From Eledone cirrhosa (lineage: Eukaryota), in NCBI GenBank assembly GCA_964016885.1, contig OZ024741.1, positions 316,262,001 through 316,326,000 of the forward strand: 64,000 bases of DNA, read 5' to 3'. Each line of letters opens with the position of its first letter. The stretch's first letter is position 1. Of this stretch, positions 27,076 through 39,999 are shown one piece after another. The notes beneath the pieces were generated by a model. It was not told where the DNA came from. It saw only the letters and a program-made list of their open reading frames with translations, and made no database searches. Position numbers and translations under genes: made by a program.

Positions 27076-27131
<56 letters not shown>

Positions 27132-28139
27132 GTGATTTTAATAAAAAAAAAAATTTTTGTATATTTTCTCATCTGAAATCTTTTTTTTGTATATTTATTT
27201 ATATAATTATTTAATTATTTATATTTATATTTAATTTTTTTTCTTTTTCCATTCATCTTTTTAAATAAAAACTGAGAATTTTTTGTTGTTGTTTTAGATA
27301 GGGATTAGTTTTTGTTTGTTGTTCACTGGGTGTTTGTAAGTGTGCTTTGTTTGGTGGTGGTGTTGTGGTGGAAAAGTATGGATATTTAGGGGGGGGGGGG
27401 CGAAAGATATGGAGGAGATATAGGTGGTGCATGTGTATAAGATGGACAAGAGAAAGTATGTGTGTGTGTGTGTGTGTATGTGTGTCTGTGTGTGTGTACG
27501 TGTGGAAGAAGGTTGGACAGGTGAATCAGGTAAGGGTGAGGGGAAGGCATAGCAAAGCAGTGTTGGTGGTGGAGGAACTGAATGGGGGAGTCACAAGTTA
27601 TTAATGGAGGAGAGGTAGAAAGCATGAGGATGTGGTGTATGTGATGGGTGAGGGTTCCCTGTAAATATAGTTGGGCTTCTAAGGTTTGAAGCATTATTGG
27701 GTGTAAAGAGAGGGTTGGTGAGACATAGGTATTGGCACTGTTGTTTAAACCCCACCCACCACAGACCCTCTTTTTATTCTGACACAATATTCAAGGATAC
27801 ATCATGAAATGTGTCCTTACTTTTGTTGTTTCAGGGTCCTTTTTTAAAGACAGTAGTGTGATTTGATGAAGATGTGACTGCCATTTCAAGCAAGAAAGTG
27901 AAGCAACAGTATATTGTATAGTTTTCTGCCACTGTTTGTATTGTGTTCCTGAGAGAGGCCAGAGTTAGGGCCCATCCCTGTGGGTCAAATTGATAGTTGA
28001 ATGGGAGCAAAGAAAGACACAGGGTTCTGTGGTACATAGGAAGGGGGGTACAGTAGTAGTAGTCGTAGTACATAGGGGTGAGAGTTAAGGTACCAGATGC
28101 TATTGGTGGTTTGCGCCCCCCTCCCCCTCCCCCACATCA

Positions 28140-28345
28140 GCCATGATCCAGAGATCAATGATCAAAGCTGTTCCTGATGTGACCGTCCCATCTTGGGTTA
28201 TTTTTTATTTATCCATTTTTATTTATTTATATTTAATTTCAAGACAGTACACTGAGTGTCTTTTAAAGGACAAAAGGGTTATGATTTGAGGCAAATTTGG
28301 CTGCTAATTTTAGCAGATCGAGCGACCATATATGGAGCCCCTTGT
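28140..28345 (+). mobile_element. Dispersed repeat family C copy
   Basis: gatcaaagctgttcctgatgtgaccgtcccatct ... gatttgaggcaaatttggctgctaattttagcagatcgagcgacc. Confidence 0.7.
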
Positions 28346-28645
28346 TGGCACACAAATGTACTACTATTAGTGTATGATGGTGGTGGTGGTGGTGGTGGTG
28401 GTGGGTTGGATGGTAGGTGGGAGTGATGGGTTGGATGGTGCAGTAAGGGCAGTGGTTTTGCTAGGTTAAGGACTCTGCAGGATGGGGAGAGGGATTGTGG
28501 TGACCCAGAATGGAAGGGTGAGTAAGTAGGCATTTGATGGTGGGTTGTTGTTGTTGTTGTTGTTGGTTATATCTATAGAAATCAGGTGTGTGTATGTGAG
28601 AGAGAGAGAGAGAGAGATGTTAATAATAGAGGTCAGGTACTTAAG

Positions 28646-29509
28646 TTAGAGTACCTGTCTTATGTATGTGAATGTGCGTGTCTGTGTGTAGGTGGCAGTG
28701 GGTGTGAGTGAGTGTGGATGTGGGATGAGGTTAGGGTAAAGTAGTAGTAGTAATATCAAGGTAGGTGGACAACCTACTCTGTAAATTTGTTTGGCAGCAA
28801 AAAACACTTTTAAAATAGAGTTCCAATTATGCAACAACAATAATAATAATAATAATATTAATAATAATAGTAATAGTAATAATAATAATAATAATAATAT
28901 CAATGACTTCCATTTCCTCCTCCCCTTCCTCCTCTTCTTCATCATGGTATCTTCCTTTGTCAGAGTGTTGTTCATATAGATCATGTTTATAAAGTTTCTT
29001 ATAGTGTTGATGTTGTTGATGGTGGTGGTGGTGGTGGTGTTGGTGTTGCTGTTGTTCTTGTTGTCATCATGCTTGCTCTTCTTCTTCCTCTGCTTAGCGT
29101 CTTTCATTTCTAACATCTCCATTAACATCGCTTTTGTCGTCGACATCATCTTCCCGCAGCTCTCTCTATCATCCACACCCACATGCACAATACTTGCATC
29201 AATATTATTATTATTATTATTACTGTCGTAGTTGTTGCTGTTGTTATAACAGGTGATGCTGGTGATGGTGGTGAAGATAGTGATGATGATGGTGGTGGTG
29301 ATTATGATGTTGTTGCTGTTATAGTAGTAGTAATAGAAGTAGTACCTGTAGTCATGTTTATTGTAGTCGTGGTTGGTGCTATGTGTGTGGCTGTTACTGT
29401 TGTTATTGTTATTGTTATAATTGTAGTTGTGGTAGTTATAGAGATCTTTGTTGTTTTTGTTGTTACTGTTGTTGGTGTCATTGTTGTTGTTGTCAGTATT
29501 CTTGTTCTG

Positions 29510-29540
<31 letters not shown>

Positions 29541-29896
29541 TTGTTGTTGTTGCAGTGTTTGTTATCGTGAGGGATGCTGTTGCTGTTATCATGAGGGTTG
29601 TTGTTGTTGTCAGGTGAAGAAAAGTCTATCAGATGACAGCAGCGATGATACTCACCAGTGATGCTGTTGCCCTTAACGATGACAACCACGCCTGCCTCAG
29701 CCACTGATCTTCCCCCCTCTGCCCATTTCCTTCTCCCCTCCTCTCCCCCCTCATTTTTCTCACCATCACTGACATTACTGTCATCGCCATTGTTATTGTT
29801 ATTGTTCCGGTCATCGCCACTGTCGCCAACACAGCTGCTGCTGTTGTTGCCATTGACAACGCTGCCACGATGATATATGTTGCTCCTGGCAGAGAG
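28646..29896 (-). other. Stop-free in-frame continuation (416 codons) after the MXD TGA: either 3'UTR or a readthrough extension
   Basis: Hand translation of 29896-29705 gives 64 stop-free codons that run in frame into the listed 352-aa ORF 29704-28646. The sequence is low complexity and rich in trinucleotide repeats. Confidence 0.45.
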
Positions 29897-30039
29897 TCAT
29901 AGCGATGGGGTGGGGCGGTTGGAGTTGTTGTCCAGCGACAGTTGCCCCGTGCCGGAGACAAACCCATCACTATCGATACTGCTTCGGTCTTCACTGTCAT
30001 CGCTCTGTGTACTATTATATCCTAAGATGTCCACATCAT
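29897..30039 (-). CDS. MXD1: MXD-family gene, terminal coding exon up to the first stop (TGA)
   Basis: The acceptor is ctttatttcttcctttttcag|AT GAT GTG. The phase-1 join gives DDVDILGYNSTQSDDSEDRSSIDSDGFVSGTGQLSLDNNSNRPTPSL*, which resembles the acidic EIDVDV...SD...SDEGYSS tail of MXD proteins. Confidence 0.88.
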
Positions 30040-30201
30040 CTGAAAAAGGAAGAAATAAAGATAAATATATATAATAACAACAATGTAGTATTTTAGCAAT
30101 TAATATCCTGTACCACATTAAACCACATTAGCAAGACATTGAAAAATAGAAAGAATATCACAATGACTGCATTACATTAAAAACTAAAGATTCTACTCTA
30201 A

Positions 30202-30415
30202 CCCATTAATGTTCAACCCGGCCAAAACCGGCCAGAATTCTCTACCTCTTTCTGTTCTGGCTATAACTGGTCGCTCAAACTGATGTTAAGGTATTGTTCT
30301 CAAAATAAATACTTTCAAAATCTCATAGATTCGATATTATGTGAGATAATTATGTGAGATAAAGCATTTACCATGAAAATATAATAGTATATATAGAGTT
30401 ATGAATGTTAAAGGG
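30202..30415. mobile_element. piggyBac-like MITE in the short MXD intron
   Basis: CTAA|CCCATTAATGTTCA ... TGAATGTTAAAGGG|TTAA: 14-bp imperfect TIRs with a TTAA-like TSD. Confidence 0.65.
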
Positions 30416-30689
30416 TTAATATTGTAAATTTTCAAAATGTTCTGTTAAGTAATAGAGATACTATGAATATTTGAATTAACAAACCTATTTTAAAATATTC
30501 TCAAATAAATCATTACAGGATGTTAAGAGTTAAGGCCATTTTCGCTGTTAAAGCAGAGGTTAGCCTTGTGAGGCTAATAAGTTTCTCCATTTTGCCCTAT
30601 CCTCTACATTCAACCCCTGGCTTTCATTTCATCCTCTATCATATATATAGCAACAACAATAACAATAATGGCAGTATCAAATATTATGG

Positions 30690-30850
30690 ATTTCCAATGG
30701 TTGTGTGGCTAAAGAAGTCTGGTTCACAACCATGTGATTTGGGGTTTTATTCCACCATGTGGCACATTGGAAAGTGTCTTCTACTATAGCCTCAAGGTTG
30801 ACCAATGCCTTGTGAGTGAAGTTTGAGGACCAGATATTAGCTGAAGATCA
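30690..30850 (+). mobile_element. SINE family B 5' part
   Basis: atggttgtgtggctaaagaag...aaagtgtcttctactatagcctcaaggttgaccaatgccttgtgagtg. A related copy lies at 37755-37895. Confidence 0.7.
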
Positions 30851-31210
30851 AACCTGATCATGCTAATCCTTGTTTTCAGCTGTACAACTTGTGTGACTAT
30901 ATCGTAGATGAGTTCATCTTGGGGGAGATGGAGTGCATGACGAAACCAATAAAGGCCCTCTGGAGCAGTTGTTGGAAAGAATCAATCTGTGGTTGGAATT
31001 AGTAAGGGCAACAAGTTGAGGAAACTATGCCAAATATGGAATGTGTAAGCAAGATGAAGTCACTCCAACCCATCTGGTTTTTTACTGTGACCTGTCCAAC
31101 TCATGCCAGTGTGGAAAGCAGATGTAAAATGATGATGATGATTAAACACACACACACACACACACACACAGATTAAGGTGAGGAAGAGAATGTACTGTAA
31201 AGTATTTTAC

Positions 31211-31385
31211 CTGATTCTGAAGCTGAATTAGTGGAATTAGTTGAAGTGCTACATTCACTGATGCTCCGTTCTGGTCGATACCATTGTATTCCTGATAATT
31301 CATCTATCCTCCTCTGTAAATGACCATTATCTTTCGTTAATTTGTCGAGCAGCTGACTATGTCGCTTTTGTTTCTCTTCAAGTGC
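31211..31385 (-). CDS. MXD1: MXD-family gene, leucine-zipper exon (175 nt)
   Basis: Boundaries are ttttttttaacaacag|GCA CTT GAA...TCA G|gtaaaa. It translates ALEEKQKRHSQLLDKLTKDNGHLQRRIDELSGIQWYRPERSISECSTSTNSTNSASES, with a heptad L-H-L-L-L followed by a Ser-rich tail as in MXD proteins. The phase 0 start fits the upstream exon. Confidence 0.92.
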
Positions 31386-31417
31386 CTGTTGTTAAAAAAA
31401 AAATGATAATATTAATA

Positions 31418-31545
31418 ATGATTTCTACTATAAGCACAAGGCCAGAAATGTTGGGGGGGGGGGGGGGTCAATTAAATTGACCCCAGTGCATTACTGGTAT
31501 TAAGGATGAAAGGCAAAGCTAACCTCGGCAGAATTTGAACTGAGA
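31418..31545 (-). mobile_element. SINE family A, truncated, just upstream of the zipper-exon acceptor
   Basis: gcacaaggccagaaat...gaccccagtgcattactggta...aggatgaaaggcaaagctaacctcggc. Confidence 0.8.
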
Positions 31546-31629
31546 CAACTCTTTTAACAAGTAAACTGTGAATGATGAAAAGAAAGCACTAGACTCAAAT
31601 TATAAATGTTATATTATTATATTTTTATC

Positions 31630-33497
31630 CAAGTGACATACAGAATGGGGTTGTTCCGAAGGACTGGCGTAGCAGCATTATCGTTAACTGTTATAAGGGT
31701 AAAGGAGATGCCCTAGATAGGAGTAACTACAGAGGCATTAAATTAATCGACCAGGTCATGAAGGTCACGGAAAAAGTAATAGCGCAACTAATCAGAGAGC
31801 GAATTGATCTAGATGAAATGCAGTTCGGGTTTGTGTCAGGAAAAAGTACCACAGACGCTCTTTTCATTGTACGACAACTACAGGAGAAGTACCTAGCTAA
31901 AAGTAAACCCCTATACTTAGCTTTCGTCGACTTGGAGAAGGCCTTCGACAGAGTCCCCCGTTCCATTATCTGGTGGGCTCTTAGAAAACTAGGTGTTGAT
32001 GAATGGCTTGTGAGAGCTATACAAGCCATGTATAAAGAAACAGTCAGCAAGGTTAGAATTAACAACGAATATAGTGAAAAGTTTAGTGTAAAAGTTGGTG
32101 TTCATCAGGGCTCTGTTCTTAGCCCCCTACTATTTATTATTGCCCTCCAGCTATAACAGTGGAGTTCAAGACCGGCTATCCATGGGAACTCCTATACGCA
32201 GATGATCTAACGCTCATAGCTGAATCAAAACAGGGAAGCACGGCCTAGAATCAAAAGGCCTTAAAATTAACCTGGCTAAGACTAAAGTTCTAGTTTGTAA
32301 GAAAGAAAATAAGGCGGCTGTCCCCTCCGGGAAGTGGCCATGCGCAGAGTGTAGGAAAGGCGTAGGTAGAAATTCCATTTTGTGTCCCAAATGCAAAGTT
32401 TGGGTGCATAAAAGATGTAGTGGGATCACAGGTAAGCTAACTAAGAACATAGATTTTACATGTGGCCGGTGTTCTGGGGCAATAAGTAGCAGCAAGTGCC
32501 CAAAAAATACTAGCTCTTTCAACTGCGCAGAGGGTTCTATAGAAATAGTGGACAGCTGCCGTTACCTGGGTGACAAAATCAGCAGTGGGGGAGGGTGCTC
32601 TGAAAGTACAGTAGCTAGAGTCAGAACTGGGCGGAAAAAGTTCAGAGAGCTTATACCACTATTAGCCGCTAAAGGGTTCTCCCTAAAAATGAAAGGCAGG
32701 TTGTACGATGCCTGCATACGAACAGCAATGTTGCATGGCAGTGAGACCTGGGCATTGTGTGCAGAGGATATACGCAGACTAGAGAGAAACGAAGCTTGCA
32801 TGCTCCGCTGGATGTGTAGTAGTAATATACGTGAACGACAAAGCATAAACGAACTAAGGAAAAAATTAGAAATAAGAGGGATCAGATGTTGTTTACTAGA
32901 GAGAAGGCTACGTTGGTATGGTCACGTGATGCGCATGAAGGACGATAGCTGTATAACAAAGTGCAGGGCAATAAAGATAGCCGGTAGCCACGGAATAGGC
33001 AGACCCAGAAAAACCTGGGACGAGCTGATAAACTCCGACCTCACACACTTACACCTCACCAAGACAATGTCACTGGACCGAGACCTTTGGCGGTACTCAG
33101 TAATAGAGAAGACCCGCCTTACCTAAATACAAAGTAAAACCTACTACAGTCAGTAGGCATCTCTAACAAAATAACCCCCATCCTACCACCCCCACCCCAT
33201 CCACACCGCCCCCTTCTATGTAAAGTTATGTTGGTGCCACACCATCCAGGCCGAAACAAATGAGATCGTGTAGGTGTCACGACAAAAAAACACACAGTCC
33301 ACGCTGTAATGTGGCCGTGTAGGCAACACGGTAAAAACCTCCCAGACCCACACTGTAAATGTGGTTGGTGTTAGGAAGGGCATCCAACTGTAGAAAACCT
33401 GCCAGACAGTCCTATGCGAGCAAGACAATCACTCTTGCCTCAAGTGGGAAAACCCCCGTCCAAACCCATGCAAGCGTGGAACACGGACGTTAAACGT

Positions 33498-33528
<31 letters not shown>

Positions 33529-33530
33529 AA
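31630..33530 (+). mobile_element. 5'-truncated RTE-clade LINE (RT, Cys/His finger, 3'UTR, (GAT)n tail), antisense within the MXD intron
   Basis: Contains KGKGDALDRSNYRGI, QFGFVSGKSTTDA, AFVDLEKAFDRVP, GVHQGSVLSPLLF, YADD at 32195 and RRLRWYGHVMR...GRPRKTW. There is a frameshift near 32150 and a short deletion near 32230. The stop is at 33126 and the tail reads ccatgcaagcgtggaacacggacgttaaacgtt(gat)n. Confidence 0.95.
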
Positions 33531-33952
33531 ACAGTGTTTTTATTACTTCATCTGACAGTTGTTTTTTTTTTATAAATATATATAAATATATACCTACATA
33601 CACACACACATTTGGTTATGGGGTGATATTTAGGTTTATTAAGAGTGAGTTGAGGGCCAACAACTAACTTCCTATCAAGACACTTAACTATAAGTTTGTC
33701 AGTGTGACACTTAAGGCCCTTGAGTCACTCTAGTAATTCCACCTACCCTCTGAGTCCACTCACCGCCTCCACTAATTGTAGTTATATTGTTTTTGCTTTT
33801 GTGTATTTCTTTATTATAATAATAATAATAACAACAACAACCAACAGCCATGATAATTTCTAGATTGGCCATAAGTGTAGCACAAGGGAGACAGAGTAGA
33901 CAATGGAAGCAGATGTGTGAAGGTTAGAAAGTGTACGCATTTGTGTATGTGT

Positions 33953-34086
<134 letters not shown>

Positions 34087-34230
34087 TATCCCAGGGTTCA
34101 ATCCGGGGGGGGGGGGGGGGGGGGGTAACCACAGTAAGTAAGGTACTCAATACATAGCAGAGTATAAATGTTTAATATAGAAATGGCTTCTATAAGACAA
34201 GAACTGTTTCATTTAAAGAAAATCATCAGG

Positions 34231-34310
<80 letters not shown>

Positions 34311-34712
34311 TTGTGCTTGTAGTGAGGAAGAAATCAAGTCAACAGACAAGACAAAATCTTGCCCCTCCTTAACAGCTCCACTCCCACCCTATTAAGTCTG
34401 AGAGTGGAATGAAAGGGAGGTTTTTCCCTCCTTTGAATCTAACCTCCCCCCCCACCCCCGCCCCGTCCCCTAAAGCCTCACTTCACCCCATCCACCACTG
34501 CCACATTATTTATCATTTGAAAGAAGAAATGGAACAGGAGGGAGTGGAGGGAAGTTATAGGGAAGCAGTGAGAGGGTATGACAGGTAACTGGGTGTGATC
34601 CTAAGATGTGGGAGCTGTGTAAGATTGCAGGGAAAACAAGATGAAAGGAGGTATGGGGAAGAAGGTATCTGTGTTACAAGGGTTAAGGAAGAGGAGGACT
34701 TATTATCATTCA

Positions 34713-34778
<66 letters not shown>

Positions 34779-35488
34779 GGGAGAGAGCATTGTTTTCATT
34801 TATGCATATTTCTTTATTATCTTTTAATGTTTCCCCAATATTATTCCTAAAGTGTTGGGTCCTTGTGGACAATAAATGCTATTTTATTATTATTATCATT
34901 ATTGCATGTTATTACTGCATTACTGAGCACAGATTTGTGTTCCTTGGGTATGTGCAGTGTGGCAATTGTTTCTGCTAAAGCATGCATCTTAACAGACTTC
35001 ATACAGATGCCTATAGTAATGAAAGAGTTAACTATCATATGGGTGTTATTTCTAGCAGGTTAGGTTCCTTTATAATGAGGAAGACAGAAAGAAGAAAGGA
35101 AAGAAAAGCTCTTTGTACCTTTTTAGAATCCCACCCTTTCCATGGTTTCATTAAACGCAAAGGGGTGGGGGATAGAAACCATGCATGTGTGGGTAACTCG
35201 TTCCCCCCTGCCATCCTTTTCTGTGCATCTCTCTCTCACTCATACATATCTATATCGACATTAAAACTCAAAATTCTTTCATCATCATTTTACGTCCGCT
35301 TTTCCCTGCTTGCAAGGGTGGGACAAGGGTGGGACTTTATATATATATATATATATATAATCATCATCATCACCATCTGTTCTCCCTGCAAACAAGGATT
35401 ATACACACACACACACCAACACATATTTGACATACATATATGGGGCCCTGAATCTTTTCATATACATGTGTGTGTGTGTGTATGTGTG

Positions 35489-35545
<57 letters not shown>

Positions 35546-35792
35546 TGTCCAACTGGCCAAAATTGTTTTACATGGACGACCAGTCTAACCCATGCAAGCA
35601 TGGAAAAATGAGTTAATGATGATGATGGTGATATTGCCCTTTCCCCACCCCAATCTTCAATCTTCTCCCTTCCATTCTACTCCCACCCGCTGACTTAACT
35701 AACTGGAGACTTCAAAGACCATCTGGAATAAAGGAATGAAGAGGGAAGTTTGCCAGAGGAATGTGTGTGTGTGTTTGTGTGTGTATTTATTT

Positions 35793-35860
<68 letters not shown>

Positions 35861-36017
35861 AACTTGCTCATGTCTATATAATATACTTCAAATAAAACTT
35901 AATACATAACATAATATATATAATAAACTTAATACATGACATATATATATATATATATATATACATATATGTATTTATATGCATGTATATCTATCTACCT
36001 GTAGTTCTTTCTCTCTC

Positions 36018-36051
<34 letters not shown>

Positions 36052-36113
36052 TACATACATCCACTCTGCTTCTTCCCATGCATAGAGTACTCTTCCCAGT
36101 CTCAGCATTGCAT

Positions 36114-36206
<93 letters not shown>

Positions 36207-36624
36207 ATATACATGAAAAAGCACTCCAGAGAAATCTAAAAAAAAAAACAGGAATATTCAAAGACTCGGTGCCAACCCAATAGTAGTAGTTTGGTAGCAT
36301 GGTAGCGTATGGTAGTATAGTAGTATGGCAGTTTGGTAGTATGGCAGTTTGGTAGTATGGTAGCTCGTTAGTATAGTAGAATGGCTGTATGGCAGTTTGG
36401 TAGTATGGTAGCATAGTAGTATGATAGTATGATAGAATGTTATCTTGGTAGTATTGTAGCTTGGCTGATGGCAGTATTGAGTCTTGGTGGCATACAGGGC
36501 TGGACTTATCTGGGGAAGAAATCATGGAAGCAAATGTCCTGGGCCCCTTCATCAAACAGGACCCCACTTTAAACAGAGTTCCAGCTATTTTCAGAATGGG
36601 GTCCTGATTTTAAACATTTTATCT

Positions 36625-37045
36625 TCACTACTACCACCAGCATCACCACCACCACCACCATCATCGCTACCACCACTACCACCAGCATCACCATTACCAC
36701 CACTACCACCATCACCACTACCACCACCATCACTAATACCACCACCATCACTAATACCACTACCATCACTAATACCACCACAATCACCACTATCACCACC
36801 ACCACCACCATCACCACTACCACCATCACCACTATCACTATCACTATCACCATCACCACCATCACCACTACCACCAGCATCACCACTATCACCATCACCA
36901 CTATCACCACTATCACCATCACCAGCATCACCACCACCAGCATCACCACTATCACCACTACCACCAACATCACCACTACCACCATCACCACTATCGCCAC
37001 TATCACCTCTACCACCATCACCACCACCACCATCATCTCCACACT
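36625..37045. repeat. Degenerate (CAC/CAT/CTA)n trinucleotide tract
   Basis: Explains the poly-Pro and poly-Val pseudo-ORFs at 36484-37087. Confidence 0.9.
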
Positions 37046-37239
37046 ATATATAAAGGTATTAATGACTAAGATGTGTGCAAGACACATAGACAGATGGGTG
37101 TGTAAGTAGGAGGTGAAAGGGGTTTATATTGAGATGTCACACAATATAGGGGGGAAGGGGGTGTATTAGGTTTAAATACTAAATGGGGAAGGGGGTAATT
37201 ACAAAAAGAAATTAGGCTCTCAACCTCCCCTTCACTCCA

Positions 37240-37400
37240 TCACACACACATATATATATATACATATCATCACCACACATATTTATATATACATATCATC
37301 ACCACACATATATATATATATACATATCATCACCACACATATATATATATACATATCATCACCACACATATATATATATATACATATCATCACCACACAA
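37240..37400. repeat. About 29-bp minisatellite, 5 copies
   Basis: catatatatatatacatatcatcaccacac repeated. Confidence 0.9.
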
Positions 37401-37897
37401 ACACAAACACAACTCTGCACACTAACACATCATCAGTCCTCCTCTTAGTAAACCAATTCACCTTTGCCACTCTCCTGCCCCTCAACCCCCTACTCCCAAC
37501 GACACTTCCTCTTTTCCTCTCTCCCCTGTATTGGCACTTAGAACACCTCTCTCTTTCTCTCTCTCACCCCCATACAAACCTAACAATTAAAAGCAATGAC
37601 ACAATACGATGCCTGTCATCACAATCATAACCCTCCTCCATCAATCAGTGTAACATTACACACATCACACACATCACACACATCACACACATTACACACA
37701 TTACACATATCACATATTACAGCATATTACAAATTCATACACAATACATAGCTGCTGGAATGGATGTGTGGTTAGGGAGTTTGCTTGTCAACCATGTAGT
37801 TCTGGGTTCAGTCATGTTGCATGGGTCTTTGGGCAAGTGTCTTCTACTATGGCCTTGGATTGACAAATTGAATGGAAAGTGCAAAAGCCCAATATGT

Positions 37898-37949
<52 letters not shown>

Positions 37950-37956
<7 letters not shown>

Positions 37957-38510
37957 AACCATCTTGCTCAGGGTCTACCCTGAATCTCCTACTGATTGGT
38001 TTAGCCCATAAAATCTGTCGTACAATTCTTTCCTTAGACATTCTAATCACATGACCATAGTATCGGAGCTGTGATCTCTCAATTCAAAGAAGTAACAGCT
38101 CTATCTCGAGTGACTGTCTGAACTCCAAACTATGCACTCTCTTGGCTGCTTCTAATCACAATCGTATTCCTTCAGTCATTACCCAATATTCATGACCATA
38201 GATAAGCTTTTAAACCTACCCCCTTTCTTCAGATGACCAAACCTTGAAACTTGCACATTACTGCACCAGCTCCCGCAGTTTTTGCACTTAATTCAGCTAC
38301 CTACCTTCCTTCATGAATATGGACCTGAAATACTTGAATTTCTCCACCTGCACCACTGGAACTCCACTCGCATGTAAGATGCACTGCACAGATTTCCTTG
38401 AGAGGATGAGCGTCTCAGTGTTTGCAGTACTCATTTTCATTCCAACAGTGCAACACTTCCAGCAAACCTATCAAGTGCAGAGATGTTCTCCTAGAGAACT
38501 GGACGCAGGT
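37950..38510 (-). mobile_element. Decayed RTE LINE 3' coding fragment
   Basis: IERSQLRYYGHVIRMSKERIVRQILWAKP, with upstream QVEKFKYF and YGHEYWVMTE-like motifs. Confidence 0.75.
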
Positions 38511-39999
38511 GGTGGATAGAGATATGGTCACCATATATGATGGCTAAGTTGTGATATAAGCTGGCTCTTGCTGGATGAATAAGCAACCCCGGAGTAACAG
38601 CAGTAAACTACTAGGAGAGATGAAGTAATGTGACACTGTTAACTCCCAAGAATACTCTCACAACCCAGTGATGTAGCTACAAGGTGAGTAAAGGCTGCCT
38701 CTAAAAAAGCCTAGTATTTGAAGGTCTGAGAAAAGTACCACATTGGTGACTGGCGCGAATAAGACCACTAAAACATTGCAATATGGCTGGAAACAGATGT
38801 ATCTAAATATTTAATTAACTGTGATCCATACAAAACTCCAACATACCACCACACCACCACAACCACCACCATGACCATTACCACCACCATCACACTCACT
38901 ACAAACGCCATCACCTACTCACTCTCATCACTACAAACACCACCACTACTACCACCACCAAGATGCTGGCTTGACATGTGAAGACAACAGCTTGCTCTCT
39001 TGACAGGTAGGGAAGGCATGGGTGGAGTGGTAGATGATGGCATTGATGATATGATATTGCAGAGAGAGGGATTGAGGGACAGTGGTGGGGAGTTCATGGA
39101 AAGATAGTGTGTGTGTGAGAGAGAGAGAGAGAAAGTGTGTGGGTGTATGTGTTGGAAGATAGAGAGAAACGATAAGTACAGGGAAAGCAGATAGAGAGAG
39201 AGGTGGGAAAGTGAGATATTTGAAGGAAAGAAGATAGTGAGTTTATGTGGAGGAGAAATACAAATGTGTGCGTGTGTGCGCACGCTTGTGTGTGTGCTTG
39301 TGTGTATGTGGAGTAAAACTGGTACCAACATACATCATGCAGTAAACCAAGAAATTTCAGTTAATTAAAATCACACAAGCTGAATGACAAGAGAACAATT
39401 TCTAAATGACTAACTCTGTAAAAAAACAAATAAATAAATAAACAAACACATAAAACACAGTACAGGGGAGACAACCCCCAAATTAATTAGTTAAATTTAA
39501 TAAGGGATACAATGTTTGAGTGAGTTAGCTGTATGATGACAACTCGAGACATTTAGACATGTTTCAGCCTTATTACACCTCCTCAACATTATTCTGTCTC
39601 TGTAAAATGTTTAAGTAATCTGAGAAATAATGCTTTCTAATTTAGGCACAAAGCCAGAAATTTGGTGGTGATGAAGACAAAATCGATTTTATCAACACCA
39701 AAATGATGAAAGACAAGTTGACGGTGAAGGGGGGAGGCGGCCTAAGTCAGAATATAAAGAAGTCCAACATTATGAAATAACTCCTTTGAAACCATATTTC
39801 TAATGAAATATACTCTCATTTAATTAATGAATATATTTTGAGGGATTGAATAAAATTGGGGTTCGATTCCTAATGGTGGTTGATGGCACTTCTTTTCAGT
39901 CTTTTAGAGTGTTCACCCTATTTTATAAGCTTCTCCGAACATGAATATGCTTTATATTAAATATATTATTTCATTACAAAAATAAAACATGGTTCATCA

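Noticed and set aside
29629-30000. 123-aa overlapping ORF in an alternative frame of the last MXD exon
   Set aside because: The splice phase selects the DDVDIL frame, which has MXD similarity. This frame has none.
36484-37087. Proline-rich extensin-like ORF and its poly-Val antisense ORF
   Set aside because: A degenerate CAC repeat inside the MXD intron, with no splice signals or complex sequence.
39545-39590. Minus-strand ttgaggagg...ctgaaacatgtc as a hammerhead
   Set aside because: The first core box is mutated and stem II does not pair. Too degenerate to call.
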